From Escherichia phage vB_EcoS_ESCO30, in the sequence record NC_106513.1: DNA of 64,000 nucleotides; one strand, written 5' to 3'. Positions 55,142-64,000 of the stretch are shown one piece after another. A program made the position numbers and the translations under genes. The notes beneath the pieces are model-generated. The model had not been told where the DNA came from. It did not search any database and worked only from the letters and a program-made list of their open reading frames with translations. Numbering within the stretch: position 1 is the stretch's first letter; each line of letters begins with the position of its first letter.

Positions 55142-55993
55142 ATGAAAAAAGAATTTAATGTACATAAAACTCTAGTAGTGCCGGATGACGCTAACTTGTT
55201 TTTCGTTGGTGATATTCATGGATGCAATGATTTGCTAGAAGATGCGTTGAAATTAGCTGGGTATAATAGCAAAAAAGATTGCGTAGTATGTGTTGGTGAC
55301 TTAATTGATCGAGGCACGCAGAACCTACAAGTTCTAGCTAAATTCCTGTATAACCCACGTTTTATCAGTGTCCGTGGTAATCATGATCAATTTATGATTG
55401 TGGGAGATTGGGCTAATTGGATGTATAATGGTGGTATGTGGGCCATGAATGAACTAGATGCTGACACCATTAAAAATATTGCCGAAGATATGGCTGAAAA
55501 AATGCCAGTATTCCTAACTGTTAGACATCGTGGTAAGAAGTTTGGTGTTGTTCATGGTGCGGTTCCCTACAGGCATAAAGGGGATAATAACGTATCTAAA
55601 ATCCCAAATTGGGACACTCTTATTCTGGAGGCAGAGCAGGCCAAAGGGCTTGATTTAGCAGATATTATAGACGATGCTCTATGGGATAGGGATGTGATCC
55701 AAGATGTATTTTCCCATATGTCTGAGGATGCTGACCACCCATATTTTCAAAGATATGCTGGACTTCCAGAAAACTTAATTAATCCCATTCCTAAGGTAGA
55801 AGGAGTAGAATTCGTATTTCACGGGCATACTGGAGTTCCTTACCCAATATTACATAAGAACCGTGTCTATCTTGATACTGGCGGTGTTTTCAACGGGCAG
55901 TTGACGGTTGCGCAAGTTAATGATGAAACTGGCAAAATCACAACATTTACCACGCTTCGAGAAGATAGCTGTGGCATACAGAGGATTCTTTAA
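55142..55993 (+). CDS. serine/threonine protein phosphatase (PPP-family metallophosphatase)
   Basis: GDIHGC, GDLIDRG and RGNHD motifs in order; ATG 55142 (track start 55130). Confidence 0.8.
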   Translation: MKKEFNVHKTLVVPDDANLFFVGDIHGCNDLLEDALKLAGYNSKKDCVVCVGDLIDRGTQNLQVLAKFLYNPRFISVRGNHDQFMIVGDWANWMYNGGMWAMNELDADTIKNIAEDMAEKMPVFLTVRHRGKKFGVVHGAVPYRHKGDNNVSKIPNWDTLILEAEQAKGLDLADIIDDALWDRDVIQDVFSHMSEDADHPYFQRYAGLPENLINPIPKVEGVEFVFHGHTGVPYPILHKNRVYLDTGGVFNGQLTVAQVNDETGKITTFTTLREDSCGIQRIL

Positions 55994-56514
55994 TGAAAGT
56001 CTGCTTTTGGAGTGATCTCCACTTAGGACATGCAAATATTACTAAATTCAGACCAATCTTCTCTACTATGGAAGAGCATGATGAATTTATTATGGATACT
56101 ATTACATCCATGAAAGATAAGCGTACAGTATTTTATATTTTAGGAGATGCATTTGTATCTAGAAATGGTTTGGAGAAGTTTGAAAAACTCTTTAGTAATG
56201 TTAGAACTACATTAGTTTTGGGGAACCACGACTTAGAGCGAGAAGGATTATCTTTCAAAGACTTAGTAGGAGTTGTGGATAACGTACAATCACTAGTTAA
56301 ATATAAAAACTTTTGGCTTTCCCATGCTCCAGTACACCCAGAGGAGCTGAGGGGTAAAAAGAACTTACATGGGCATACCCACTTTGAGTTAATGGGAGAC
56401 CCTCGTTATATTAACGTTTGTGTTGAGTACGCAAAATCACCAGTACGACTGGAAGACATCATGAGTGGTAGGTATACTTCCCATGATAAAACTAGCTGGA
56501 TGTTAAATGTCTAA
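55993..56514 (+). CDS. calcineurin-like metallophosphoesterase
   Basis: SDLHLGH, ILGDAF, GNHD and GHTH motifs. Confidence 0.65.
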   Translation: MKVCFWSDLHLGHANITKFRPIFSTMEEHDEFIMDTITSMKDKRTVFYILGDAFVSRNGLEKFEKLFSNVRTTLVLGNHDLEREGLSFKDLVGVVDNVQSLVKYKNFWLSHAPVHPEELRGKKNLHGHTHFELMGDPRYINVCVEYAKSPVRLEDIMSGRYTSHDKTSWMLNV

Positions 56515-56614
56515 TCACGGATATTATTAAACGTATCATACAAACAGTAGCAATACTTATAATCATTTGTATTGCTATTGGTACAGGATTGGGCATTTTA
56601 ATTAAAAGTTTTAT

Positions 56615-56643
56615 TTGCTAAAATGCTTAAGTTTCTGTATAAT
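56615..56643 (+). promoter_or_regulatory. strong early promoter
   Basis: -35 TTGCTA 56615-56620, 17 bp, -10 TATAAT 56638-56643. Confidence 0.7.
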
Positions 56644-56673
56644 TACTTTATAAATTGATGAGAAGGAATAAAA

Positions 56674-57105
56674 ATGAACAAAGTTGATAAAGCTCTAGTT
56701 TTTGCAGCAGCAGATAAGTTTGAACAAGTTAAAGCTACTTTCCGAACCCTGTTTCAGTCCTACGTTCAGGATAAGTCTAATCCTATCTCTGAACGATTGA
56801 TGGTTTGGGAGTGTCATGCTTGCAATGCCTTGCTAATTGCTGATTACCGCAGTGATATAGATAAAGATCTTTGTGAAACCCTTATCCCCGAGGAAGCAGA
56901 ACGTTATCAGCTAATCTCTTTCCAAGATTTGGCAGAGCACATCATCCCTGACGATCTTTGGGACAGATATTACGGTGATCCTGAAGATGAAGGAATGACT
57001 CCAGAAGCATGTATTGAGTTAATCTGTAAAGATCATCCTGAAATTGCAGAAAAATTTGAGAAAGTTTTTGCTTCTGAGTTCTCTGGTGTTGTTAACGATT
57101 GGTAA
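56674..57105 (+). CDS. hypothetical protein
   Basis: 143-aa acidic ORF. Confidence 0.5.
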   Translation: MNKVDKALVFAAADKFEQVKATFRTLFQSYVQDKSNPISERLMVWECHACNALLIADYRSDIDKDLCETLIPEEAERYQLISFQDLAEHIIPDDLWDRYYGDPEDEGMTPEACIELICKDHPEIAEKFEKVFASEFSGVVNDW

Positions 57106-57121
57106 GGAATTAAAAAATTCA

Positions 57122-57150
57122 GTTGCTTTAAGCCTTAAAATTCTGTATAA
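57122..57150 (+). promoter_or_regulatory. strong early promoter
   Basis: -35 TTGCTT 57122-57127, 17 bp, -10 TATAAT 57145-57150. Confidence 0.7.
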
Positions 57151-57183
57151 TAAGTTCATAAATTAATGAGAGAGGAAATTCTA

Positions 57184-57432
57184 ATGGAAAACATGACTAA
57201 AAATGAAATGGCTAACGTTCTGGCAATTCTCCTCGACATGCAAGGATTTGAGGGGCAACTGATGAAAATGTCTATTCCGGCGATGAAGAAGATGTACGAT
57301 TCTCTTAACAAGAACGCTATGGCCTTTAACTTAGCGAAACAAGAGGCACGATTTGCTAAGGAGCATCAAGCAGTGGCAGAACGCCGAGCAGCTAGCTTTG
57401 AGCGCGAAGTCAAGCAATTAAAGAAAAAATGA
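57184..57432 (+). CDS. hypothetical protein
   Basis: ATG 57184 after GAGAGAGGAAA SD (track start 57166). Confidence 0.45.
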   Translation: MENMTKNEMANVLAILLDMQGFEGQLMKMSIPAMKKMYDSLNKNAMAFNLAKQEARFAKEHQAVAERRAASFEREVKQLKKK

Positions 57433-57965
57433 TAACACAAGAAAGATTAAAAGAATTATTTGAATACCGCCCGGAAACGGGCGAGTTTATAAGGAAAGTC
57501 AGTAGGGGGCGAGGTAAAGCAGGTAGTATTGCTGGCAGTCCTGATAAGGATGGTTATATATTTATTGGAATAAATAGAAAAAGATATGCAGCCCATAGAT
57601 TAGCCTTTTTGTACATGGAGGGGTATATTCCAAATCTAGTACACCACTTAAACAATATAAGAAAAGATAATAGATGGTGTAATTTAAAAGATTGTACGTC
57701 CCAAGAGAATAATCGTAGCAAAATCGCTCAATCTAATTCGGGGTACTTAGGAGTTACCTGGAAAAAAGATCGACAACAATGGAGAGTCCAGGTCAGAAGC
57801 GCCGAAAGTATTACAGTACACGGAGGCTACTTTAGGTATTTAGATTTAGAGTTAGCAGTTCAAAGAGCTAATGAACTACGTTTAGAACTACATGGGTCTA
57901 ACGCTGTTATAGAAACTTTTGATCATACAAAACCATTACCTACTTTAGAGGAATTAAATAAATGA
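57429..57965 (+). CDS. HNH homing endonuclease
   Basis: AHRLAFLYMEGY...NRW motif. Confidence 0.8.
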   Translation: MITQERLKELFEYRPETGEFIRKVSRGRGKAGSIAGSPDKDGYIFIGINRKRYAAHRLAFLYMEGYIPNLVHHLNNIRKDNRWCNLKDCTSQENNRSKIAQSNSGYLGVTWKKDRQQWRVQVRSAESITVHGGYFRYLDLELAVQRANELRLELHGSNAVIETFDHTKPLPTLEELNK

Positions 57966-58243
57966 TTACAGAAATTCTTATTGGGTTACTAGTTCTTACT
58001 ACGCTAGTAGCGATTGGTGGGGTTATTGGTATTGTAAGCATGCGAAAAAATATAGAGAGTATGCTTACTACTAATAGTGGACTTCACTGCCGCTTAATAG
58101 AACAAGAACAAGATATTGAACTAGCACAAAGACGCTCAGATATTCTAAAAGAAAAACTAAACAATATTGAAGCAATAGCTGGGAATAATAAATTACCTGC
58201 TAAAGTAATGCGTACACAGATAATCACGGAGATTAAAAAATGA
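57962..58243 (+). CDS. hypothetical membrane protein
   Basis: N-terminal TM helix. Confidence 0.45.
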   Translation: MITEILIGLLVLTTLVAIGGVIGIVSMRKNIESMLTTNSGLHCRLIEQEQDIELAQRRSDILKEKLNNIEAIAGNNKLPAKVMRTQIITEIKK

Positions 58244-58485
58244 TGATGTTTATTCTAGCATTTTATCTAATCGTGGTGGGAGTTCTAGTTACCAAGCACC
58301 ACACATGGGCACCAAAGAATATAGCTAAGGTAGCATTATTTGTTATTCCAGTCCCACTTATTATACTTTCTATGTTACTGGTGATGTTAATCGGTAAAGT
58401 GACGAAGACCGATGTTAAGCGCATTGTTGACGAATTGCAACAGTCCTGTGATATGATTGAGGATATTCTTAAAGATGAAACTTAA
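58240..58485 (+). CDS. hypothetical membrane protein
   Basis: Two hydrophobic helices. Confidence 0.45.
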   Translation: MMMFILAFYLIVVGVLVTKHHTWAPKNIAKVALFVIPVPLIILSMLLVMLIGKVTKTDVKRIVDELQQSCDMIEDILKDET

Positions 58486-58801
58486 TTTTAGCGAATTAAA
58501 TACTTTGCATGAGTTGTTACAGTTTGTAAATAATAATATTAGTATTCCAGATGACACACTAGAAGTTCTCTTGTTAATTGAGAAAAAGGTAGGGATTGAA
58601 ATTGAGGACTCTTGGAAACCACTTTCTGTATTAACGCCCCTTAATATGAAAGTGATTGTTAAAAATATCAATACCGGAGAAGAACGTGAGATGGTTCGTA
58701 CAGAACTGGCGGATAGTTACTCTCCAACGTCTGTAGTGATGAAACATGATGATGTTTCCGAAGTTCTACAGACAGCTAATTACGTATGGCGTCTCCCATG
58801 A
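58475..58801 (+). CDS. hypothetical protein
   Basis: ATG 58475 (track start 58457). Confidence 0.45.
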   Translation: MKLNFSELNTLHELLQFVNNNISIPDDTLEVLLLIEKKVGIEIEDSWKPLSVLTPLNMKVIVKNINTGEEREMVRTELADSYSPTSVVMKHDDVSEVLQTANYVWRLP

Positions 58802-58944
58802 TTGATTTAGTACCAATTACTGCGGGACTAATAGCACTATTAGTGCTCGCAGTTTTCATTATTGTGGAGCAGGCCAAAGTAATAAGGAGACTTAAAAACA
58901 ATGATAAAACGTCTTGTTTATCAGGCACCAAAGATTGTAACTGA
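58798..58944 (+). CDS. hypothetical small membrane protein
   Basis: 48-aa ORF below track cut-off, ATGA overlap with upstream stop. Confidence 0.3.
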   Translation: MIDLVPITAGLIALLVLAVFIIVEQAKVIRRLKNNDKTSCLSGTKDCN

Positions 58945-59101
58945 GTATTTTGTATTACTGCCTCAGATTGTATTTCTAACAGCATTATTTAATATACTTT
59001 TTCGACATCTAGGAATAACGGAAAATATATTCTATACTTCTGGGTTACTTCCCTTTATGTACGAAGGCATCATTATGGCGATTAACGGGGTTCGTAAATG
59101 A
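58901..59101 (+). CDS. hypothetical membrane protein
   Basis: AAGGAGA SD; hydrophobic 66-aa ORF. Confidence 0.4.
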   Translation: MIKRLVYQAPKIVTEYFVLLPQIVFLTALFNILFRHLGITENIFYTSGLLPFMYEGIIMAINGVRK

Positions 59102-59559
59102 CAGCACTACAACAACTACAGAATTACTGGTTTGATAACCAATTTAACGATCTTTTCATCCAGTTGTTTGTCGAAACGAACGGACGCTTCAACTACCGAT
59201 TCTTTAATAAGTTTCATGAAACAAAATTCTCGCATACAGAAATTAATGCAGCGATCCAAGACCTAACTGGTTCTAAGGTAATTCAGTATCGCGAAGTAGA
59301 CTTTACACCAGATTGTTTTGGATTTGAATTGTTTAAGAAAGCGTATAAATTTGGTAAGTTTGAAGACGCTCGTCAATGGGTTCACGATTTTTGGTATAAC
59401 ACCGATATTGTTCCTAGTCGCGTGCTGATTCTTAACTGGATTGCTAAACAACATCCGCCTAAAACGCAATCATCCTTCTTACCGACTGACACAGGAAACC
59501 TCTACCATGACAGAAAAGAAAAATCCATTATTGGAGCAGATGAAGGAGTGGGAGAGTAA
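59098..59559 (+). CDS. hypothetical protein
   Basis: 153-aa ORF. Confidence 0.5.
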   Translation: MTALQQLQNYWFDNQFNDLFIQLFVETNGRFNYRFFNKFHETKFSHTEINAAIQDLTGSKVIQYREVDFTPDCFGFELFKKAYKFGKFEDARQWVHDFWYNTDIVPSRVLILNWIAKQHPPKTQSSFLPTDTGNLYHDRKEKSIIGADEGVGE

Positions 59560-59878
59560 TATTGAAACTGGTCTAATAGACGGTGAAGATATTGTCAACT
59601 CCATGCTAGAAGTAACAGTAGATAATATTAATCCTATTTTGGCTGGAGAAACCTCAGATCTTATAGGACTCTCTAGCACATTTGATTCTTTGGCTAAATT
59701 AGCTTTAGACGATGAAGAGATAACCAAAGAAGATCTCGCTACAGCTATGAATATGGCTATTAACGCTTACATTGGTAAACGTACCGATGAACTTGGTAAA
59801 CAGATCAATAAGCGTGATACTACGCTAGGTCTTATGGAAACGGCCACTATGTTAAGAAGTGGTAAACAACTTCATTAA
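59507..59878 (+). CDS. hypothetical protein
   Basis: ATG 59507 (track start 59441); overlaps 3' end of previous ORF. Confidence 0.4.
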   Translation: MTEKKNPLLEQMKEWESNIETGLIDGEDIVNSMLEVTVDNINPILAGETSDLIGLSSTFDSLAKLALDDEEITKEDLATAMNMAINAYIGKRTDELGKQINKRDTTLGLMETATMLRSGKQLH

Positions 59879-59884
59879 TTTTAG

Positions 59885-59920
59885 GAGGCCAGGACTTAAT
59901 TGTTCTGGCCTTTTGTGTTT
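59885..59920 (+). terminator. rho-independent terminator
   Basis: AGGCCAG...CTGGCCT stem followed by TTTTGTGTTTT. Confidence 0.7.
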
Positions 59921-59934
59921 TCAAGGAACTTCAA

Positions 59935-60138
59935 ATGCAAGTATATGTCCTTACCAGAGATATAACTGAGTATAATCAGGATGGTGAGTATTTTGTAAAA
60001 GTATTCGCTGAAAAGCCAAGTAAACAACAATTATTAGATGTTGGAGTACCGGAAGACCAAGCTAAGTGTTTACTACAAGATAAAGAGTTTACTGGAGATG
60101 CTTACGAATGTTTCTACCTTAACTGTGAGACTATTTAA
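59935..60138 (+). CDS. hypothetical protein
   Basis: 67-aa ORF. Confidence 0.4.
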   Translation: MQVYVLTRDITEYNQDGEYFVKVFAEKPSKQQLLDVGVPEDQAKCLLQDKEFTGDAYECFYLNCETI

Positions 60139-60139
60139 T

Positions 60140-60586
60140 ATGAGAGAGAAAGTAAATGAATTATTAATCGAGGAAGCTAACAACTTTCCAATAAATAGGT
60201 TCATAAAATCGGATGGGTCTATTAATAGAACTAAAATTAAGCAACTACATCCCGACTTTCAACAAGAAGCACTAAACCTTATATTTATCAAGAAAGCTGT
60301 TGCAGCTCATGGAGCTTTCTTCGGGTATGAGCGTGTAAATTATAAGACAATGCAGCAGCAAGTCGAGATCTATTGCCCAGATCACGATGGTTATTACTGG
60401 CAAACTGCTAGATCTCATTTAGAAGGGCATGGATGTCGACTGTGTGCACACAAGGTTGTGCAGCGTGTCACGGATTATGGAACTTATACCATACCAGCAT
60501 GTTACCATAAATTTGTAATTGACGATAATCACATAGTTTGGTATAATAAGTTTTCAAAGCTAAGAATGGAGATAAGTAGTGAGTAG
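60140..60586 (+). CDS. hypothetical Cys/His-rich protein
   Basis: ATG 60140; CPDHDGYYW...HLEGHGCRLCAH cluster. Confidence 0.45.
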   Translation: MREKVNELLIEEANNFPINRFIKSDGSINRTKIKQLHPDFQQEALNLIFIKKAVAAHGAFFGYERVNYKTMQQQVEIYCPDHDGYYWQTARSHLEGHGCRLCAHKVVQRVTDYGTYTIPACYHKFVIDDNHIVWYNKFSKLRMEISSE

Positions 60587-60869
60587 CTATATTGTATGGT
60601 CAAATCCACTAGCAGCACTTAGTAACAAACTATTTAAAACAACTTGGGGATATAATGAGATAGACTTAGGTAGTCGTCCAATACCAAACAAACACCCTTT
60701 AGTTCCAGAGCTGTATAGGGTAGTGATAAATGGCGCGGAGTATTTGGTTGATAAATTTGACAGAAAACGTTTACTAGAGGGTATCTACGATAATTCTACA
60801 TCGATAAATGAATTAGTAGAACATGCCCAAATATATGATAAAAGCTGGATGTTAATATGGAGATCATAG
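60579..60869 (+). CDS. hypothetical protein
   Basis: 96-aa ORF. Confidence 0.45.
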   Translation: MSSYIVWSNPLAALSNKLFKTTWGYNEIDLGSRPIPNKHPLVPELYRVVINGAEYLVDKFDRKRLLEGIYDNSTSINELVEHAQIYDKSWMLIWRS

Positions 60870-61090
60870 TAATTATTTTAGCAGTTATGTTATTTATTGT
60901 AACATTTGTATCATTTGCTATTATGCGCAGAGCTAGAGAACTAGCGGAAGATATAACAAAATTACGTGGTGAGTTGGCTGCTCTTAAATTACAGCGAGAG
61001 GCTTTAAAGCTGTTTGTGGTTCAGGGTAGCGTAGAACATACAACAGAAGACTTCATCATATACCTCAAACGCTATATGGGAATTAAATAA
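60857..61090 (+). CDS. hypothetical membrane protein
   Basis: N-terminal TM helix. Confidence 0.4.
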   Translation: MEIIVIILAVMLFIVTFVSFAIMRRARELAEDITKLRGELAALKLQREALKLFVVQGSVEHTTEDFIIYLKRYMGIK

Positions 61091-61275
61091 TGGAAACTCT
61101 TTTTCTTTTAATGCTCGTAGGTTCGTTAGTAGTTATATTAGCACTTCTATTAATCTGTAGTATTCTTAATAAGGAGAACCTAGAACTAAAGTGTGAGAAC
61201 CAAATCCTTAATCGTGAACTCAAACAATATAATCTAGCAGCCCATAAACTGTTAGACAAACTGGAGAATAAATAA
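61090..61275 (+). CDS. hypothetical membrane protein
   Basis: N-terminal TM helix. Confidence 0.4.
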   Translation: METLFLLMLVGSLVVILALLLICSILNKENLELKCENQILNRELKQYNLAAHKLLDKLENK

Positions 61276-61877
61276 TGTTTACACAACAACCTATTCAAGT
61301 AGTACCAGACCATGAACTGAACACATGGGATTATAGCTTTAAAGATTTAACTGCTACTGTACAATTCAAATCTATGAAGCTAACCTTTGCACACACTAAT
61401 ATTAGAGCATGTAAAGGTTTTGAAGGTAGGCTCAACAACGCTCGTGAGATTTTTGGCAAGGCTCGCATTCCAGCTGATAACCTTATTAACGCATTAATAG
61501 ATGCTGGCTATAAACTCGTGAAGACTGAGGTGAACCGTCCTAGTACTCCTGTGACTGTTGGAGGTTCCTGGACCAAAAGTGGTATCGCATTTAATCCTAA
61601 AATAACGTCGGAAATGCACAATGTTCCATGCGGTGGCACTATAGAAAATAGTTCCTCATATCGAGTTGGTGAAGATTATGGACCTTCTGCACAGTTGAAA
61701 CATACTCAAGAAGCTTTTGAATCTGATATGCGAAGCGTAGCACCTGCGGATGCTGGAGTTTCTAGGAGTTCTGTTTGTACTATTCATTTTAATAATCCTA
61801 GTAAACATGGAAGTTTAGAAGATGCTATTATGGAGGCATTGGGAGCTGCTATTAACGAGAGTAAAAAAGATCAATAA
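61275..61877 (+). CDS. hypothetical protein
   Basis: 200-aa ORF. Confidence 0.5.
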   Translation: MFTQQPIQVVPDHELNTWDYSFKDLTATVQFKSMKLTFAHTNIRACKGFEGRLNNAREIFGKARIPADNLINALIDAGYKLVKTEVNRPSTPVTVGGSWTKSGIAFNPKITSEMHNVPCGGTIENSSSYRVGEDYGPSAQLKHTQEAFESDMRSVAPADAGVSRSSVCTIHFNNPSKHGSLEDAIMEALGAAINESKKDQ

Positions 61878-61948
61878 AGATCGTTAACTAATTTATAGGT
61901 CTACGCCTCTCCAGACCTTTTAATAGGAGAGGCATATTAGGAGAATTT

Positions 61949-62338
61949 ATGTTACATTATATTATTGCTATAAATCGTCAAATTACTAGCCAAACTCGTG
62001 TTACTGTTCGTAAAGTGGATGCAGGTTATCTTTATCCTGAAGAAACTACTGGAGAGGTAATTGTAGTCGCTTTAGTTACTAACGGAGTTGAGGAAATAAT
62101 CTATGAATCCCCAGTCTTTGAGGTTGATTATATAGATGATGCAGTAGAATTAATCGATGAGCTTATTAACCAACTGATAGAACTAAAACCTAACCGTAAG
62201 ATCTTCAAGGAATCCTTTATTAATGAATTAAGATACATTCAAAAGACAGCATCAGATTGCCTGTCTTTTGAATTCTTTACATTACATTATCAAGCTACCG
62301 AAGATTTCTATACAGAAGATAAAGCTCAGGAGGTTTAA
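61949..62338 (+). CDS. hypothetical protein
   Basis: 129-aa ORF with AGGAG SD. Confidence 0.5.
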   Translation: MLHYIIAINRQITSQTRVTVRKVDAGYLYPEETTGEVIVVALVTNGVEEIIYESPVFEVDYIDDAVELIDELINQLIELKPNRKIFKESFINELRYIQKTASDCLSFEFFTLHYQATEDFYTEDKAQEV

Positions 62339-62340
62339 CA

Positions 62341-63051
62341 ATGAATAAAGCAGAAAAACTAAAGCACCTTATTGCGCTAGCAAAAGAATCAAACCAGAAA
62401 TGTTTCTCCGAGCTAACAGATGAACAAAAATATGCGGTAATGTTCCTATCAGATTATCGTCCTGCACGTTGGGAAGCTCATAAAATTAAATATGATAGGA
62501 ATAGCTCAAAGGTAGTATTAGCAGGCTCCTACGTTGAAACTAATAAAGCATTAAAATCTTTAGATCCTAGTGCGAAAGGTATTAATGCTAGTTCTATTCT
62601 AGTATTGATTGATGAAGTGCTCCCAGCCTATGAAGAAACAGATTTCTTAACAGCATTACTTAGTGATGATAAGATTCCGAGAAAGAAGGGAGAATTTGCA
62701 CATCTTCCTGAGCTAGAGAAACAGAAACCTTCTCTTAATAAGGAAGAAACGTATCGTGGAATTGGCATGACTATAGCGAGTTTGCACGTAGCCATTACCA
62801 AAGATCTAGAATTAACTCCTACAGAGAAAGCCATTCACTATGCGATTCATAGAGATAAAGAAGCATTCAAATCATTATGTAATTCGCTAGGATTGCCAAG
62901 TACTACGATTATTAATCTAGAGCCAGAATATAAGAGGTACGTGAAAGGAACTCTCTCTTACGAAGAGACAGGATCTGCTATGTCCTATTTAGCAACTTAT
63001 ATCTACTTCGCATCTCTTGGTATCAAACTCAAAGCCAAAGTAAAAGAATAA
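62341..63051 (+). CDS. hypothetical protein
   Basis: 236-aa ORF, last coding gene before repeat region. Confidence 0.5.
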   Translation: MNKAEKLKHLIALAKESNQKCFSELTDEQKYAVMFLSDYRPARWEAHKIKYDRNSSKVVLAGSYVETNKALKSLDPSAKGINASSILVLIDEVLPAYEETDFLTALLSDDKIPRKKGEFAHLPELEKQKPSLNKEETYRGIGMTIASLHVAITKDLELTPTEKAIHYAIHRDKEAFKSLCNSLGLPSTTIINLEPEYKRYVKGTLSYEETGSAMSYLATYIYFASLGIKLKAKVKE

Positions 63052-63058
63052 ACGTTAC

Positions 63059-63087
63059 TTGACGTTCATCCATCTGCATGTTATAAT
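63059..63087 (+). promoter_or_regulatory. near-consensus sigma70 promoter with no ORF downstream
   Basis: -35 TTGACG 63059-63064, 17 bp, -10 TATAAT 63082-63087; about 200 nt downstream has no SD/ORF. Confidence 0.55.
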
Positions 63088-63356
63088 AATCACATAGATT
63101 AAAAACAACTCTTGTTTTGAACTCTAGGGGCGATGATTATTACACGAGACTTCGTTAACTCTTTGCGACCGAGCAACAGGGGTATGACAGTCGAGGACTT
63201 ACGTAATTAATCACGCGCCCCACGAGTAAGCACACATGTAATGGGGGCTACTTTACTTTTAATTTACCTTATAATATTTAAAGGCAATATCTGTGTTCAA
63301 GATGATACACCTGTTGCCGCTCTTCTGCTAGGATGGCACAACACTTTCTTCTAGAC

Positions 63357-64000
63357 TCCTAAGTTTCTAGGAATACTCACTCTTTCTAGGGCGGTTCTCC
63401 TAAGTTTCTAGGAACATATACTAGGCGGTTAATACAGGGCGGTTATAGGGAGGGCGGTTATTTCTAGGAGACATTTTTTGAAAACACATTCCCAGAAATT
63501 ACTGTCGGATTTGCACACTGACAAGAGTTTAAAAACTGGTCGGATTTGCACAAACGCCTAAGTTTTTAGGAACTCTTACTCTCCTGAAAATAGCAGCATT
63601 ATTTCGGGCCGAAGGCCCATGATTGCCTGAGTTTTTAGAGCCACAAGAATTTTCACTTGTCAAGCTATTTTGCCCCGTTTTGCTAATAAAATTTTACTTT
63701 TTCTGCACCTATCTCAAATCTTCCCAAATTATCTCAACTCTTCCCCAAAATCCCCGCAAATCAGGTGCTCCGCACCAATCCTGCGCCCACATCCTTCTAG
63801 CCTCCCAAATTTTTCTCGCTCTCTCATCTTCTCCTCAAACCTATACAATCACACACCCTCTCATCGAAGTCACAAAAATCTTGTCGGATTCGCACATCCC
63901 ACCACATGTCGGATTTGCACATACTCTAGCTAATTCCACAGGATTGATGCGCAGCATCGGATTGCTGGAGTTTTTGGGAAAATTCATTGTCGGATTTGCA
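63357..64000. repeat. non-coding array of short direct repeats (continues beyond window end)
   Basis: TGTCGGATTTGCACA x5 (63503, 63540, 63881 variant, 63908, 63986), CCTAAGTTTCTAGGAA x3-4 (63358, 63399, 63557, degenerate 63626), GGGCGGTT x4 (63389-63460), GGGCCGAAGGCCC palindrome, pyrimidine-rich tract 63700-63870. Confidence 0.8.

Noticed and set aside
20000-57200. Possible CRISPR-like array from recurring ~30-bp motifs
   Set aside because: The recurring unit is the TTGCTT-17-TATAAT promoter in front of genes at irregular spacing, not direct repeats with unique spacers
63670-63933. 87-aa plus-strand ORF in the repeat region
   Set aside because: Falls in the C/T-rich tract; Pro/Ser/Leu-rich translation with no SD; treated as non-coding
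1-64000. Integrase, transposase or prophage attachment site
   Set aside because: No tyrosine/serine recombinase or transposase motifs in any ORF; gene content fits a strictly lytic phage

Overview
The window reads as the early-gene region of a T5-like lytic siphophage; the family assignment and all protein calls rest on motif recognition and recall, not on any search. Positions 1-19996 are a minus-strand replication block: family A DNA polymerase N-terminus (truncated at the window start), primase, DnaB-like helicase, a two-ORF NAD-dependent ligase, a large Walker A/B primase-helicase-like protein, a SIR2-like/HAD-phosphatase operon and anaerobic RNR NrdD. A divergent promoter zone lies at about 20.0-20.2 kb. 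Positions 20283-63051 are plus-strand: PhoH, NrdA/NrdB, DHFR, thymidylate synthase, RNase H, then a roughly 13 kb cluster of at least 24 hand-folded tRNA genes mixed with small ORFs, followed by a GrcA-like protein, a spanin-like overlapping pair, dNMP kinase, a ClpP-like peptidase, holin-endolysin, thioredoxin-like protein and two metallophosphatases. Nearly every transcription unit carries a TTGCTT-17-TATAAT promoter, and six HNH plus three T5orf172-type endonuclease genes are scattered through the window. The last ~700 bp (from about 63.3 kb) are a non-coding array of short direct repeats. No single element can be shown from sequence alone to be an undescribed system; the strongest candidates are the convergent low-complexity two-gene island (34.5-36.3 kb), the SIR2/HAD operon (14.1-17.2 kb), the terminal repeat array and several tRNA-like or ORF-free structured regions. 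All tRNA coordinates and anticodons are hand-folded and need tRNAscan-SE/ARAGORN confirmation.
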